Positions 23,666 to 32,005 of a stretch of 56,024 nt of DNA are shown here, piece by piece; position 1 is the first letter of the stretch, and every line of letters begins with the position of its first letter. Both the position numbers and the translations under genes were made by a program. Below the pieces are notes generated by a model, which had not been told where the DNA came from, did no database searches, and saw nothing but the letters and a program-made list of their open reading frames with translations. Origin of the DNA: a virus; IMG/VR virus record IMGVR_UViG_3300027904_000003, positions 1-56,024 of that record; one strand, given 5' to 3'.

Positions 23666-23720
23666 GATTTGTTTCTCCTTTCGACTAATAAAATTATTGA
23701 GTTTTTGTAACTCTCCTTAT

Positions 23721-23749
23721 ATTATATAGTAGAAATGCCCTTTTGTAAA
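23721..23749 (-). promoter_or_regulatory. sigma-A-like promoter: TTTACA-N17-TATAAT
   Basis: Minus strand: TTTACA at 23744-23749, 17-nt spacer, TATAAT at 23721-23726. Confidence 0.7.
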
Positions 23750-23808
23750 CCCCTAATCCCACGACATATCTACAAATCAATTCTCATTTGGCCTATTGCA
23801 GACTTTAT

Positions 23809-24010
23809 GAATTGTTAACCTAACTTTCCTAACAACCTAACTTAACCTAACTTTCTTAACTTTCCTAACGCTTCACGATTTAAAATTTTATATTCAGTTT
23901 TATTTTTCTAATATTTTGAAAAAATTTTTCGAAAATAAAAATTGAAAGCGTTAGGAAAGTTAAGAAAGTTAGGTTAAGTTAGGTTGTTAGGAAAGTTAGG
24001 TTAACAATTC
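23809..24010. repeat. perfect 64-nt inverted repeat built from CCTAAC/CTTAAC iterons around a 74-nt AT-rich core; candidate origin or architectural element (locus B)
   Basis: 23809-23872 is the exact reverse complement of 23947-24010. Each arm has six (C/T)TAAC-type motifs spaced 8-10 nt apart. The core contains TTTTCGAAAA. Confidence 0.95.
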
Positions 24011-24027
24011 AGATTGGTCAAGATAAA

Positions 24028-24054
24028 ACAGCACTGAACTTAGTTCAGTGCTGT
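24028..24054 (-). terminator. intrinsic terminator ending the upstream minus-strand unit
   Basis: ACAGCACTGAAC-TTA-GTTCAGTGCTGT, followed by TTTTATCT on the minus strand. Confidence 0.8.
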
Positions 24055-24063
24055 GATAATAAT

Positions 24064-24127
<64 letters not shown>

Positions 24128-24706
24128 TTAATCTATTATATAGACGCTGGCATTCCGAATAACACCACGCCGCAGTGCCTCATTATGACAAGGTATGTAG
24201 ATATCAATCTTGTTTCCCTTCACTACTCCGCCTACATCGTCGGCCCTTGCTCGCGCTCTATATACGGTCCCATCAGATAACTCAATGCGTAGGTATGTGC
24301 CAAGAGGAATCTTGCTTCTATCTACTGCTACTGTTATCCCTGCTTCGACGCGGCGGCCACTTGCTGTTATGCCGTTATCTTTACCGCAGCAAATAATACA
24401 ATGACAGTAGTGCGTTAGCGTAAAGTCTGTACCAAGTAATACGCCGTTTTCTACTGGCTCTCCTACATAAATAGGTGCTTCACTTCTTGTGTAGCTCCTA
24501 CTAACTGGTTGTGGGCGCTGAGTTATAGTTGGTTCTGGTTTAATGGTGGGCTCTGGCTCAACTTTGTTAGTCTCTGCTACAATGGTTGGTTCGGTTTCAT
24601 ACAATACTACAAGGTTTGTCTCTTTCTCTTCTACTCTACTCAGCAATACCAAACATCCAAATAAGCTCGCTATTAAGAGTATGGCTATTACTTTATGTAA
24701 TTTCAT
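24128..24706 (-). CDS. secreted or membrane-anchored 3D-domain cell-wall hydrolase (MltA/RlpA-like fold)
   Basis: N-terminal TM/signal segment VIAILLIASLFGCLVLL, a Pro/Thr/Glu linker, then THYCHC...GITASG...VAVD...ADDVGG..KGNKIDIY (3D-domain aspartates). Start set at the ATG behind AAAGGGGG. Confidence 0.75.
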   Translation of the reverse strand: MKLHKVIAILLIASLFGCLVLLSRVEEKETNLVVLYETEPTIVAETNKVEPEPTIKPEPTITQRPQPVSRSYTRSEAPIYVGEPVENGVLLGTDFTLTHYCHCIICCGKDNGITASGRRVEAGITVAVDRSKIPLGTYLRIELSDGTVYRARARADDVGGVVKGNKIDIYIPCHNEALRRGVIRNASVYIID

Positions 24707-24731
24707 TTTGAAATTACCCCCTTTCACTTAT

Positions 24732-24760
24732 ATTATATAATAAAAGTAATAAAAAGTAAA
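24732..24760 (-). promoter_or_regulatory. sigma-A-like promoter: TTTACT-N17-TATAAT
   Basis: Minus strand: TTTACT at 24755-24760, TATAAT at 24732-24737, about 20 nt upstream of the RBS. Confidence 0.6.
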
Positions 24761-24914
24761 TAATAACCGTGGTATACCTCTTAACTCGTAAAATACTCGC
24801 TATAAGCTCGTATTTCTTTTTTAATATAAAACCCTACCTTAAAATCTACGGACAAGTAGCGAGTAAGTAAATAAAATGAGAAGTACTGCATATCTACAAT
24901 ACTTCCCACTATCA

Positions 24915-25460
24915 TCAGGCTTCATGGTAGTCATTATAGCCTTGACTTCGTTCCTTCTCCTCGTATTCATCATGAATATTGTAGTAAGCCACTTGATAAC
25001 GCGATACGTGGTGATAGTCATAGTTAGCTAGGTCATACTCAAAGTGTGCTCTATGAAGTTCACGTATAACCTCAAATAAACAATCTATGTAATCGTATAG
25101 AGGCTTAGCTAACGGTCTATAACAAGCTGCTACTAACTCATTAGCAAGCTGGTGACCCTCGCTATACACCTTAGTAGTTGTATTCATAATACCAGCCATT
25201 GTAGAGCGTGGGCACAGCAGCGCAGAGACGTCTACAGAGCCCTTCTCAGGAACCATCTCAACACAAAACAAATCCCACATCTGACTGGACAATACATCTA
25301 CAATATTATTTGCTCTGCGGTAAAGGTAGCGTAAGCGTCTCTTCTCGCCTTGTAGGCCTGACATATGAGCCTTCATTGCTGCGCTACGACTCCACTGCGC
25401 CGCGGTGTCGAACAGATTAATAGCCCTTTGAATTATAAGCTGAATAGTATTAACTTCCAT
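24915..25460 (-). CDS. hypothetical helical protein (181 aa)
   Basis: ORF with RBS AGGAGGA before the ATG. Confidence 0.65.
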   Translation of the reverse strand: MEVNTIQLIIQRAINLFDTAAQWSRSAAMKAHMSGLQGEKRRLRYLYRRANNIVDVLSSQMWDLFCVEMVPEKGSVDVSALLCPRSTMAGIMNTTTKVYSEGHQLANELVAACYRPLAKPLYDYIDCLFEVIRELHRAHFEYDLANYDYHHVSRYQVAYYNIHDEYEEKERSQGYNDYHEA

Positions 25461-25470
25461 TATAATCCTC

Positions 25471-25689
25471 CTATAAGTTCATACTTGAATGGGGTCTTGG
25501 GTTACTTGTAGCGCTGCCTTCATGCTTCTCAGCACAGAGCCTAAGTATATCCATCAGCTTATGTACGGCTAGTAATTCACCTACTAATAATGGACTTGCT
25601 TCTACATGTAACTTGTCTAACCCAATATGCCACGCCGCTTCAGCGACCTTATATTTATCCCAGTAATATTTTGCATCATAAGTTTGCAT
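25471..25689 (-). CDS. hypothetical protein (72 aa)
   Basis: RBS AAGGAGG. Directly behind the terminator at 25710-25728. Confidence 0.6.
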   Translation of the reverse strand: MQTYDAKYYWDKYKVAEAAWHIGLDKLHVEASPLLVGELLAVHKLMDILRLCAEKHEGSATSNPRPHSSMNL

Positions 25690-25709
25690 TATCTAACCTC
25701 CTTAAAAGT

Positions 25710-25728
25710 AGGGCGGCATTGCCGCCCT
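25710..25728 (-). terminator. GC hairpin terminator
   Basis: AGGGCGGC-AAT-GCCGCCCT, followed by ACTTTT on the minus strand. Confidence 0.7.
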
Positions 25729-25735
25729 TTGTTGC

Positions 25736-26494
25736 TTAAGCGTAATCGCTGCGGCGTCTGAAGTCTCTACAAAGTACAAATTTACCCGCATTATTGTAGT
25801 AAAGTACAAAGCGGTTATTGTATGGACGACCTACACCAGGTACTGTAAATCGACCAGTAGAGAAATTTTTACCGTTAGCAATATTGCCATGTAAGTCAAG
25901 TACTACAGGTACTAAAACGCCATTCCTTTTATGGAATCCGCATCCAGCAAAATTCTGAGCTGGATATGCTGGGTCTTTAGGAATTGGCCCGTTGCCGCTA
26001 AAGTTTTCCTCAAACCCATCCATACCGCCTTCAACATCTAAGCTTTCAAGCTCTTCATGTTCACCAGTGATGGGGTCATCATGGTCACACCAGACCTTAC
26101 GAATAGTCTTAGTGTAATTCAGCCCCACCTCGCCGCGGAAGAATCCGCAAGGCTCAACGTTGATATAAGTGTCAAGACCACTTACTTCAAAGATAGGCGT
26201 TTCCCTATCTATAAGCAAAGTATAGTAGGTATTTGGCTCAAGACAATTCGTCGCTGCAGATATGATAAACGATTTCTTTTCGTTTACAACCGTTATAAGT
26301 TCAGGCGGGCAGCAGCCCTTCTTGCGCCATTCCTTATGCCATACTTCATCTGTATGGATAGTTAGTTCTGTAGTATCGAGACGTTTCATTTCTTTATTGA
26401 TTGGTGCAGGAAAGCCGTAAAAGTTAAAGCGCTCAGGCTTGCAACGACATCTACAGGCTCCCTTACATCCGCACCTATGTGTTACATCATACAT
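25736..26494 (-). CDS. hypothetical protein (252 aa) with a Cys-rich N-terminus (CGCKGACRCRCK)
   Basis: ORF with RBS AAAGGAGAATG. Confidence 0.65.
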   Translation of the reverse strand: MYDVTHRCGCKGACRCRCKPERFNFYGFPAPINKEMKRLDTTELTIHTDEVWHKEWRKKGCCPPELITVVNEKKSFIISAATNCLEPNTYYTLLIDRETPIFEVSGLDTYINVEPCGFFRGEVGLNYTKTIRKVWCDHDDPITGEHEELESLDVEGGMDGFEENFSGNGPIPKDPAYPAQNFAGCGFHKRNGVLVPVVLDLHGNIANGKNFSTGRFTVPGVGRPYNNRFVLYYNNAGKFVLCRDFRRRSDYA

Positions 26495-26620
26495 TAGTCA
26501 TTCTCCTTTTCAAATTATATTTGACGGAGAAAACCGGGCAACGGTTGGACGTCCAAGCGCAACCGCCGCCAGGCAGTCTGCGCCTATGTATACGCCATGC
26601 CCCGGGACATGGGAAACATA

Positions 26621-27220
26621 CTAATACGCGTAAGCGGGGTCAGCGCAATAAGGTTTCCAGTGAAAACGAAGATTAGCCGCTTCAGTGCGTAATGCATCTC
26701 TTTCATCTCTCACACGGTCGTACCTATCTTGCTCAATCTTTTCAAGTATGCGACGCTCACTCGCTGCTATTTCACTCTTAACTGCATCAACTTCCTTAAG
26801 TGTATCGTAGCGATTCCTGTCGCGCTCCCGCCCTGCTTCATAATGATTCTTATTCACAGTCTCAGACATCTTCCACATGTTGTCCTTCATTTCCATCTTG
26901 ATGTAGCCCTGTTCCTTCAAATCATCACGTGAGTGGTCCCACATTTTATAATCATCATAGCCTCTGTAACACGGTCCGCACTCCCCAGCGCCACTCATAG
27001 CCTTAGCGGCTACTAATGGAGCAATTGCGTTTACCCCAATGCCATCATCACGTTTACGGAAAAAAGCAAACGCAATAATTACAAAGACTATAAAGATAAG
27101 AAATGCCCACATGTACATAAAACCGTAAGCATGCCTATCATGTCCACCGTCACTCTCTTTTACGAAAACAGGATTAAACCCGCTTCCATGAGCTTGTGCT
27201 GCTGTAGTCATTTTATTCAT
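26621..27220 (-). CDS. single-pass membrane protein (199 aa) with a charged coiled-coil C-terminal domain
   Basis: TM segment FMYMWAFLIFIVFVIIAFAFF. RBS AAGAAAGGAA. Confidence 0.65.
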   Translation of the reverse strand: MNKMTTAAQAHGSGFNPVFVKESDGGHDRHAYGFMYMWAFLIFIVFVIIAFAFFRKRDDGIGVNAIAPLVAAKAMSGAGECGPCYRGYDDYKMWDHSRDDLKEQGYIKMEMKDNMWKMSETVNKNHYEAGRERDRNRYDTLKEVDAVKSEIAASERRILEKIEQDRYDRVRDERDALRTEAANLRFHWKPYCADPAYAY

Positions 27221-27274
27221 TTCCTTTCTTTATATAGTTTTAAATATTGAAACAGCCCGCGGCGCTGTAGCAAT

Positions 27275-27616
27275 TTACTGAATGAACCCATGATTCTTAC
27301 CCATATTTAAAAACCATTCTTCTATCTCATCATTTGATTTGTCTTGGAATAAAGGTATTTGGTCGCGTACCATAGAAAATCCTACTTCTTTAGCCTCTTC
27401 ATAGGATTGGCACTTTTTAAAATTGTTCCATACAGGGCTTTTGCCTTCTCTTAAATATTGCCCTAATTCAGGGCTAAGCTCTGGAGCTATTCTTGTCTCT
27501 ACTAAATCCATTATACCGAATCCAGACTGACTACGCGGAATCAGCTGGCTTATCATCGCCCACGCTCCCTTTGCTTTTACTGCTAGGCTTAGAATTCCCT
27601 TTAACATGTCCATCAT
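27275..27616 (-). CDS. hypothetical protein (113 aa)
   Basis: GGAGGAAG then 6 nt then ATG. The start lies 86 nt inside the upstream gene, in another frame. Confidence 0.55.
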   Translation of the reverse strand: MMDMLKGILSLAVKAKGAWAMISQLIPRSQSGFGIMDLVETRIAPELSPELGQYLREGKSPVWNNFKKCQSYEEAKEVGFSMVRDQIPLFQDKSNDEIEEWFLNMGKNHGFIQ

Positions 27617-28052
27617 TATTAGCTTCCTCCAGTTTCGTTAATTTTTCAAGAATTAAGTCAAGACGGCTATCTACTATGGTTTCTTCCTTCTCCTTAGGTT
27701 CTTCAGTGTCTCCGTTGACGTTGCCTGTCAATGTGCCGCTGAGCAGTTCCCAGTTACCAGAGAGAAGGTTTATCTGTCGTATGTAGATTTTACCCTCAGC
27801 TTCATTAATGAAGATTATAGAGTCACCGTCAGGATGTCTGGGGTACTTTGATAACTCCTTAAAGTCTGTTATATCTACACGTAGGGCATTATTCTGATTT
27901 GTAGATACATAGGTTGTCTTAGGTTGCTGTGGTGCTTGGTATACTGGTTCAGGTGGGCTTAATCTTTCTTCATATTTACGGCGCAGCGCCGCCTCGGCCT
28001 CACGCATCCCTTCGCTCATATACCGTTGGAAGTCATAATCATTACGCCACAT
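27531..28052 (-). CDS. hypothetical protein (173 aa; start moved to MWRNDYDF)
   Basis: AAAGGAGTGA then 5 nt then ATG at 28052. The tracked start at 28112 lies inside the terminator and promoter. Confidence 0.65.
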   Translation of the reverse strand: MWRNDYDFQRYMSEGMREAEAALRRKYEERLSPPEPVYQAPQQPKTTYVSTNQNNALRVDITDFKELSKYPRHPDGDSIIFINEAEGKIYIRQINLLSGNWELLSGTLTGNVNGDTEEPKEKEETIVDSRLDLILEKLTKLEEANNDGHVKGNSKPSSKSKGSVGDDKPADSA

Positions 28053-28076
28053 ATTTATCACTCCTTTATTACATAT

Positions 28077-28085
28077 ATTATACCA
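28077..28085 (-). promoter_or_regulatory. extended -10 promoter element TGGTATAAT
   Basis: Minus strand, about 25 nt upstream of the ATG at 28052. No good -35 is present. Confidence 0.5.
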
Positions 28086-28090
28086 TGAAA

Positions 28091-28123
28091 AGGCACTCAA
28101 TGTAATCTTCACATTGAGTGCCT
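28091..28123 (-). terminator. intrinsic terminator after CDS 28137..28688
   Basis: AGGCACTCAATGT-7 nt-ACATTGAGTGCCT, followed by TTTCA on the minus strand. Confidence 0.75.
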
Positions 28124-28136
28124 AAAGTATTCTTTA

Positions 28137-28688
28137 TTAAAGAGCTGTTTGTAACCTTGCTAATGCTTCGCTGTGCCAAACTTTAACAGTAGAATATTCT
28201 ATATTCAATTTTTCAGCGGCTTGCATAAGTGTCATATCTTCTATATAGATGTACCTTAGCAAATCTTTATGCTTTGGCTTTATCAGCATATTACTAAGTA
28301 AAGCTTCAAAATCATCTATACTACTTATCTTCTTTAGTTTATTCTTGCGTTCCATATGAGGTGACCATTGATAAATATCCGCGTGGTTGCTCATAATAAT
28401 TGCAGCAAAAATACTTAATAAAAGGCTTAAAGCAAAAGATACACTACAAACTAAAAATAATGTTGTAAAGATTGCAGTACACCATAAGAAACATAACTGC
28501 CATTCTTTATAGTGCTTTGCTTTCTTTATAAGCACCCTCACAAGCGTAAAGGTAATTAAAATACCAAGTATCTCTTCTATGCTACGACTTAAAAATTTGC
28601 CAGAGTAGTAGATTGTTACTGCTACTCCGGCATTGAATAAAATACTTGACCAGTGCCTTAATACTTTATTCGCCAGTTCTTGAATCAC
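28137..28688 (-). CDS. membrane-tethered HTH protein: about 4 TM helices plus a C-terminal sigma-70 region-4-like domain (183 aa, GTG start)
   Basis: TM segments in residues ~15-105. C-terminus KHKDLLRYIYIEDMTLMQAAEKLNIEYSTVKVWHSEALARLQTAL fits the region-4 HTH pattern. No SD precedes the GTG, and the start is overlapped by the small ORF 28666..28785. Confidence 0.65.
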   Translation of the reverse strand: MIQELANKVLRHWSSILFNAGVAVTIYYSGKFLSRSIEEILGILITFTLVRVLIKKAKHYKEWQLCFLWCTAIFTTLFLVCSVSFALSLLLSIFAAIIMSNHADIYQWSPHMERKNKLKKISSIDDFEALLSNMLIKPKHKDLLRYIYIEDMTLMQAAEKLNIEYSTVKVWHSEALARLQTAL

Positions 28689-28785
28689 AGATTAACCAAG
28701 AAATGGGATTGTTAGCTGCAACAGTCGTAGTTAATGCAGCCAGTGCCGCAGCACTTGCTGCTAATGTAACTAAAAGTTTTTTCAT
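28666..28785 (-). CDS. small secreted pre-peptide (39 aa), not in the ORF track
   Basis: MKKLLVTLAASAAALAALTTTVAA|NNPISWLICDSRTGE has a Sec-type n/h/c signal with VAA-N, leaving a predicted 15-aa mature peptide. AAAGGAGC lies 9 nt before the ATG. Confidence 0.5.
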   Translation of the reverse strand: MKKLLVTLAASAAALAALTTTVAANNPISWLICDSRTGE

Positions 28786-28791
28786 TTCGAC

Positions 28792-29325
28792 TTAGCTCCT
28801 TTCTATAAAGTAAATAATAGCATAGTTGGTGAATAGTACTGCAATATTAAAAGCTACTACGCTAATATTTCGCACAGTTATTGACTTTATTTTAGCTTCT
28901 TTATTGATATTCCAAATAGCGCAATAAAAGTTATAGAACTTTCTACAAGCTTTGTAGATTATAAATGGTATCATAACAGTAATACACTGAGCTATACAAA
29001 ATGCTATCCAGAAATTCTCTACCAGCATAAATGTAATAAGGCATATTACTGAAAGTAACGTCATGCAAGATAATACATAAATTGCATCAAGCCAGTAAGC
29101 CTTTCTACCATACAATAGTTTCAGTGCGGCAAATATCAATAAACTAAATATAGTATAGAGTATTATATTAAACTGAACTATCGCTACGCTAACTACAAAT
29201 GATAGAAAGACTAATAAGTATAATCTAAATAATCTTACGTAAAGCTTCTTAGTTAAAGCCAGCATCATCGTTATATAGAAGGCCTGCGGCGCGACGCCGA
29301 TTAGTACATTACATAACCAGCTCAT
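28792..29325 (-). CDS. polytopic membrane protein (177 aa, about 5-6 TM)
   Basis: Hydrophobic throughout. 4-nt overlap with the amidase stop codon. Confidence 0.7.
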   Translation of the reverse strand: MSWLCNVLIGVAPQAFYITMMLALTKKLYVRLFRLYLLVFLSFVVSVAIVQFNIILYTIFSLLIFAALKLLYGRKAYWLDAIYVLSCMTLLSVICLITFMLVENFWIAFCIAQCITVMIPFIIYKACRKFYNFYCAIWNINKEAKIKSITVRNISVVAFNIAVLFTNYAIIYFIERS

Positions 29326-30044
29326 TTGGGTATCTTAGCTTTAGCAGCTCTTACACACCATACTATTGTTCTTACATCGCGCTCGCTTAGCATAGGAGCA
29401 AATCCTTGGTCGCCGTAACTAACTATACCTAAGTCAATCGCCTCGCGTAGTTCATTCTCAAGACCATGCGGAATATTGCTATCTACAAATTGGTACTTTC
29501 TAACTAAATCTTCAGGCATTATAAAATCCTCCTTTTTATTATCATTAGAGCCTCTCGGCCTTAATGTCTTAAATTCATCTAGCGGGAAAAAGCGGCCCGG
29601 ACAAGAGTTAGCTTGTAGGTCTCTATGACCTACAATATTTTTTGCAGTTGGTACTTTTTGCTGCAACCATTGTAATAAAGCTACTCCTGCGTTAAACTGT
29701 GTATCAAGCATACGCTTAGTACTATTTGAACCATTTGGAAATCTTTCAAAATCTCCTTGGAACCCTACAGATATAACAGTATCATTACGATTCGCCACAC
29801 CAGCGCCTAAATTAAGCCCGCGGCCCTCATACACCGTACCATCAAACATTACTATATAGTTGTAGCCAATAGCTCTCCAGCCTTTTTGTATATGCCATCT
29901 CTCTACTTCTTTAATGGCCTGTACAGAAGTCATATTTGCTAATGAAGCGGCCCAGTGGTGCAGTGCTATAACTTTTATTTTTTCAAGTTTTAAAGGCTGT
30001 AAGGCCGCTGTAATTACTTGGTTAGGTATTTTAGCTATTTTCAT
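29322..30044 (-). CDS. endolysin: N-acetylmuramoyl-L-alanine amidase (Amidase_2/PGRP fold) with a C-terminal domain
   Basis: LHHWAA..., GYNYIV..DGTVYEGRG, GHRDL...SCPG. Confidence 0.88.
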   Translation of the reverse strand: MKIAKIPNQVITAALQPLKLEKIKVIALHHWAASLANMTSVQAIKEVERWHIQKGWRAIGYNYIVMFDGTVYEGRGLNLGAGVANRNDTVISVGFQGDFERFPNGSNSTKRMLDTQFNAGVALLQWLQQKVPTAKNIVGHRDLQANSCPGRFFPLDEFKTLRPRGSNDNKKEDFIMPEDLVRKYQFVDSNIPHGLENELREAIDLGIVSYGDQGFAPMLSERDVRTIVWCVRAAKAKIPK

Positions 30045-30381
30045 TATTTACCTCCTTCTTTTCATGGTACCTAATAGGTAGCGCTTTTAGTCTTTTAAAT
30101 ATTTCTGTAACAGTTCCGTTGCCGCCTAATGCATAATATGCTGTGTATAAATTTTCTACATTGCGAAGTTCATCTACATAAATGTAACCTCTTCCAACAT
30201 AGTGCTTACAAGTATTAAATAATCTGTCGTAAAGTAAAGCAATAACGCCTTCATGTATTATAACTTGTTTAGAAGTATGCTCTTGAACTTTTTTCAGTGC
30301 TTTTTTGAAGTAGTAACTGAATAAGCACATAAAACCACCGCAAACAAATTCTATCCAGTATTGTACGAAAAATTCATGCAT
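30031..30381 (-). CDS. putative holin (one N-terminal TM, 116 aa)
   Basis: TM segment WIEFVCGGFMCLFSYYF. Lies immediately upstream of and overlapping the endolysin gene. Confidence 0.5.
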   Translation of the reverse strand: MHEFFVQYWIEFVCGGFMCLFSYYFKKALKKVQEHTSKQVIIHEGVIALLYDRLFNTCKHYVGRGYIYVDELRNVENLYTAYYALGGNGTVTEIFKRLKALPIRYHEKKEVNNENS

Positions 30382-30392
30382 CGCGGCGCCTC

Positions 30393-31298
30393 CTAAACTT
30401 GGTTATGTTGAATGATGCTATTAGTTGGTGCAACATTAGGATTATAAGTATCTATTTTATTTCCTATAATTCTCATATGCGAAACGCCAGCATTTATATT
30501 AAGCGTTTTTATAATGTTTGCAGTTGCTAGTACATTTGTAACATTAGTTAAATTTACAGTATTTATTTCATTCATTGATAATTTTAAGCCTTCCATTATT
30601 TCTGCAGTATTCCTACCTGTAATAGTTATAGTTTCAATATCATTACCGTACATAGTATAACGAGGGCGCCCTGTAGTTATATCTGAAGTTGTTCCTATAA
30701 ATTCAACTATACCAATGTCAGAATTTGTTACTATGAATGACCCAGTATGCATAGTTAGCTTATTACCTACGAATACGTTATGTACTTTACACTCTTTAGA
30801 CCTTAAGGCCATACTATCAACTGATACATTATATAATTTGCACTCTGAAGGCCTTAAATCCATACCAGCAACTGATAAATTAGAAATAGCAACAAAATCA
30901 ACGTAACCAGAAGTATTTATAGCCTGTATAGTACCAAGACTAGTAGAATGCTCGCTAATGCCTTCTAAAGTTACTATACGCCTATTTATTACTATAACAC
31001 CAGGACCCCTATATTGACCTTCTCGCAATACTATCCTTCCGCCCACTGTAGGTAAAGAAGCAATGGCATTATTTATAATAGTAGCATCATTAACGCCTAC
31101 TCCACCCGGACTCAATACAATTGTCGCATTACCCGCACCACCTGGTATGCCGATTGGCCCCTGCTCACCCTGCGGTCCTATTTCGCCTTGTGGGCCTTGC
31201 GCACCTTGCGGCCCTATTTCGCCTTGCGGTCCTTGCTCACCCTGCGGTCCTATTTCGCCTTGCGGTCCCTGAACATTGCCTATCAATATTCTTTCCAT
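30393..31298 (-). CDS. collagen-like (G-X-Y) tail fibre protein with a beta-helix-like C-terminal region
   Basis: [24 protein letters not shown]... covers about 15 triplets (DNA 31143-31277), followed by repetitive V/I/N/T-rich segments. Confidence 0.75.
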   Translation of the reverse strand: MERILIGNVQGPQGEIGPQGEQGPQGEIGPQGAQGPQGEIGPQGEQGPIGIPGGAGNATIVLSPGGVGVNDATIINNAIASLPTVGGRIVLREGQYRGPGVIVINRRIVTLEGISEHSTSLGTIQAINTSGYVDFVAISNLSVAGMDLRPSECKLYNVSVDSMALRSKECKVHNVFVGNKLTMHTGSFIVTNSDIGIVEFIGTTSDITTGRPRYTMYGNDIETITITGRNTAEIMEGLKLSMNEINTVNLTNVTNVLATANIIKTLNINAGVSHMRIIGNKIDTYNPNVAPTNSIIQHNQV

Positions 31299-31308
31299 AT
31301 CAATACCT

Positions 31309-31665
31309 CTATTCTACAAAAGTTATAAAAGGTTCTAATGAACCTATCTCTATCACAGATAACTCAATCGGTGAGTCGATTGGCAACGCTATTTTTTCAA
31401 CTTGTATGTCGACTTGCATTTGAGCTAATTCATTCATTTCAATCTGAAATACTTGCTTTTTATCCTCATCAATCACATATGAATTATCGTCCTTGATATA
31501 CCCGTACTTTTCTACAAGTTCTTGCTGTTTTTCGTTAAAGAAATCAACGTCTCCTTGTATTGTGTTTAGTAGCTTCTTTACCTTATAAGAAAGGAATAAA
31601 CTTATCGGGGTACTACTGACTTTATTTAGCGCTGGTACTGCATTAATTACTTGACTCAGTGTCAT
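31309..31665 (-). CDS. hypothetical tail-module protein (118 aa)
   Basis: ORF within the tail operon. Confidence 0.6.
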   Translation of the reverse strand: MTLSQVINAVPALNKVSSTPISLFLSYKVKKLLNTIQGDVDFFNEKQQELVEKYGYIKDDNSYVIDEDKKQVFQIEMNELAQMQVDIQVEKIALPIDSPIELSVIEIGSLEPFITFVE

Positions 31666-32005
31666 TCGATTCTCCTCCTGTAAATTTTATAAACAGCTTT
31701 AAACTTTCCATTTCAGCTGTTGACAAAAACGCTGAATTTATTATCGGTAACGTTATTATGTCATAGTGTATGTCAATAGACTTATCAAGTAATTCTTGAT
31801 CTGCATTATAGGCTTCGTCACCTTCAAGCCTTTCCCATATCTTACCACGTTTTTCTTGTAGGCCTTTAAAATATGGATATACTTGATTAACTAAAGGGTA
31901 TGCATTATCCCGCATATCATACGACTTATATATAATGAGTATTATAGGCCATACTTGCATTAAATCTCTATTAGTCATTTTTAAGGAAGCTCTCCTCTCA
32001 CCCAA
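31643..32005 (-). CDS. hypothetical tail-module protein (120 aa)
   Basis: ORF within the tail operon. Confidence 0.6.
   Translation of the reverse strand: MGERRASLKMTNRDLMQVWPIILIIYKSYDMRDNAYPLVNQVYPYFKGLQEKRGKIWERLEGDEAYNADQELLDKSIDIHYDIITLPIINSAFLSTAEMESLKLFIKFTGGESNDTESSN

Noticed and set aside
28792-29325. AgrB/AgrD-type quorum-sensing pair (polytopic membrane protein plus small peptide).
   Set aside because: The membrane protein lacks the conserved AgrB His/Cys catalytic pattern that I can recognise. The peptide has a classical Sec signal rather than the AgrD amphipathic leader with an acidic tail.
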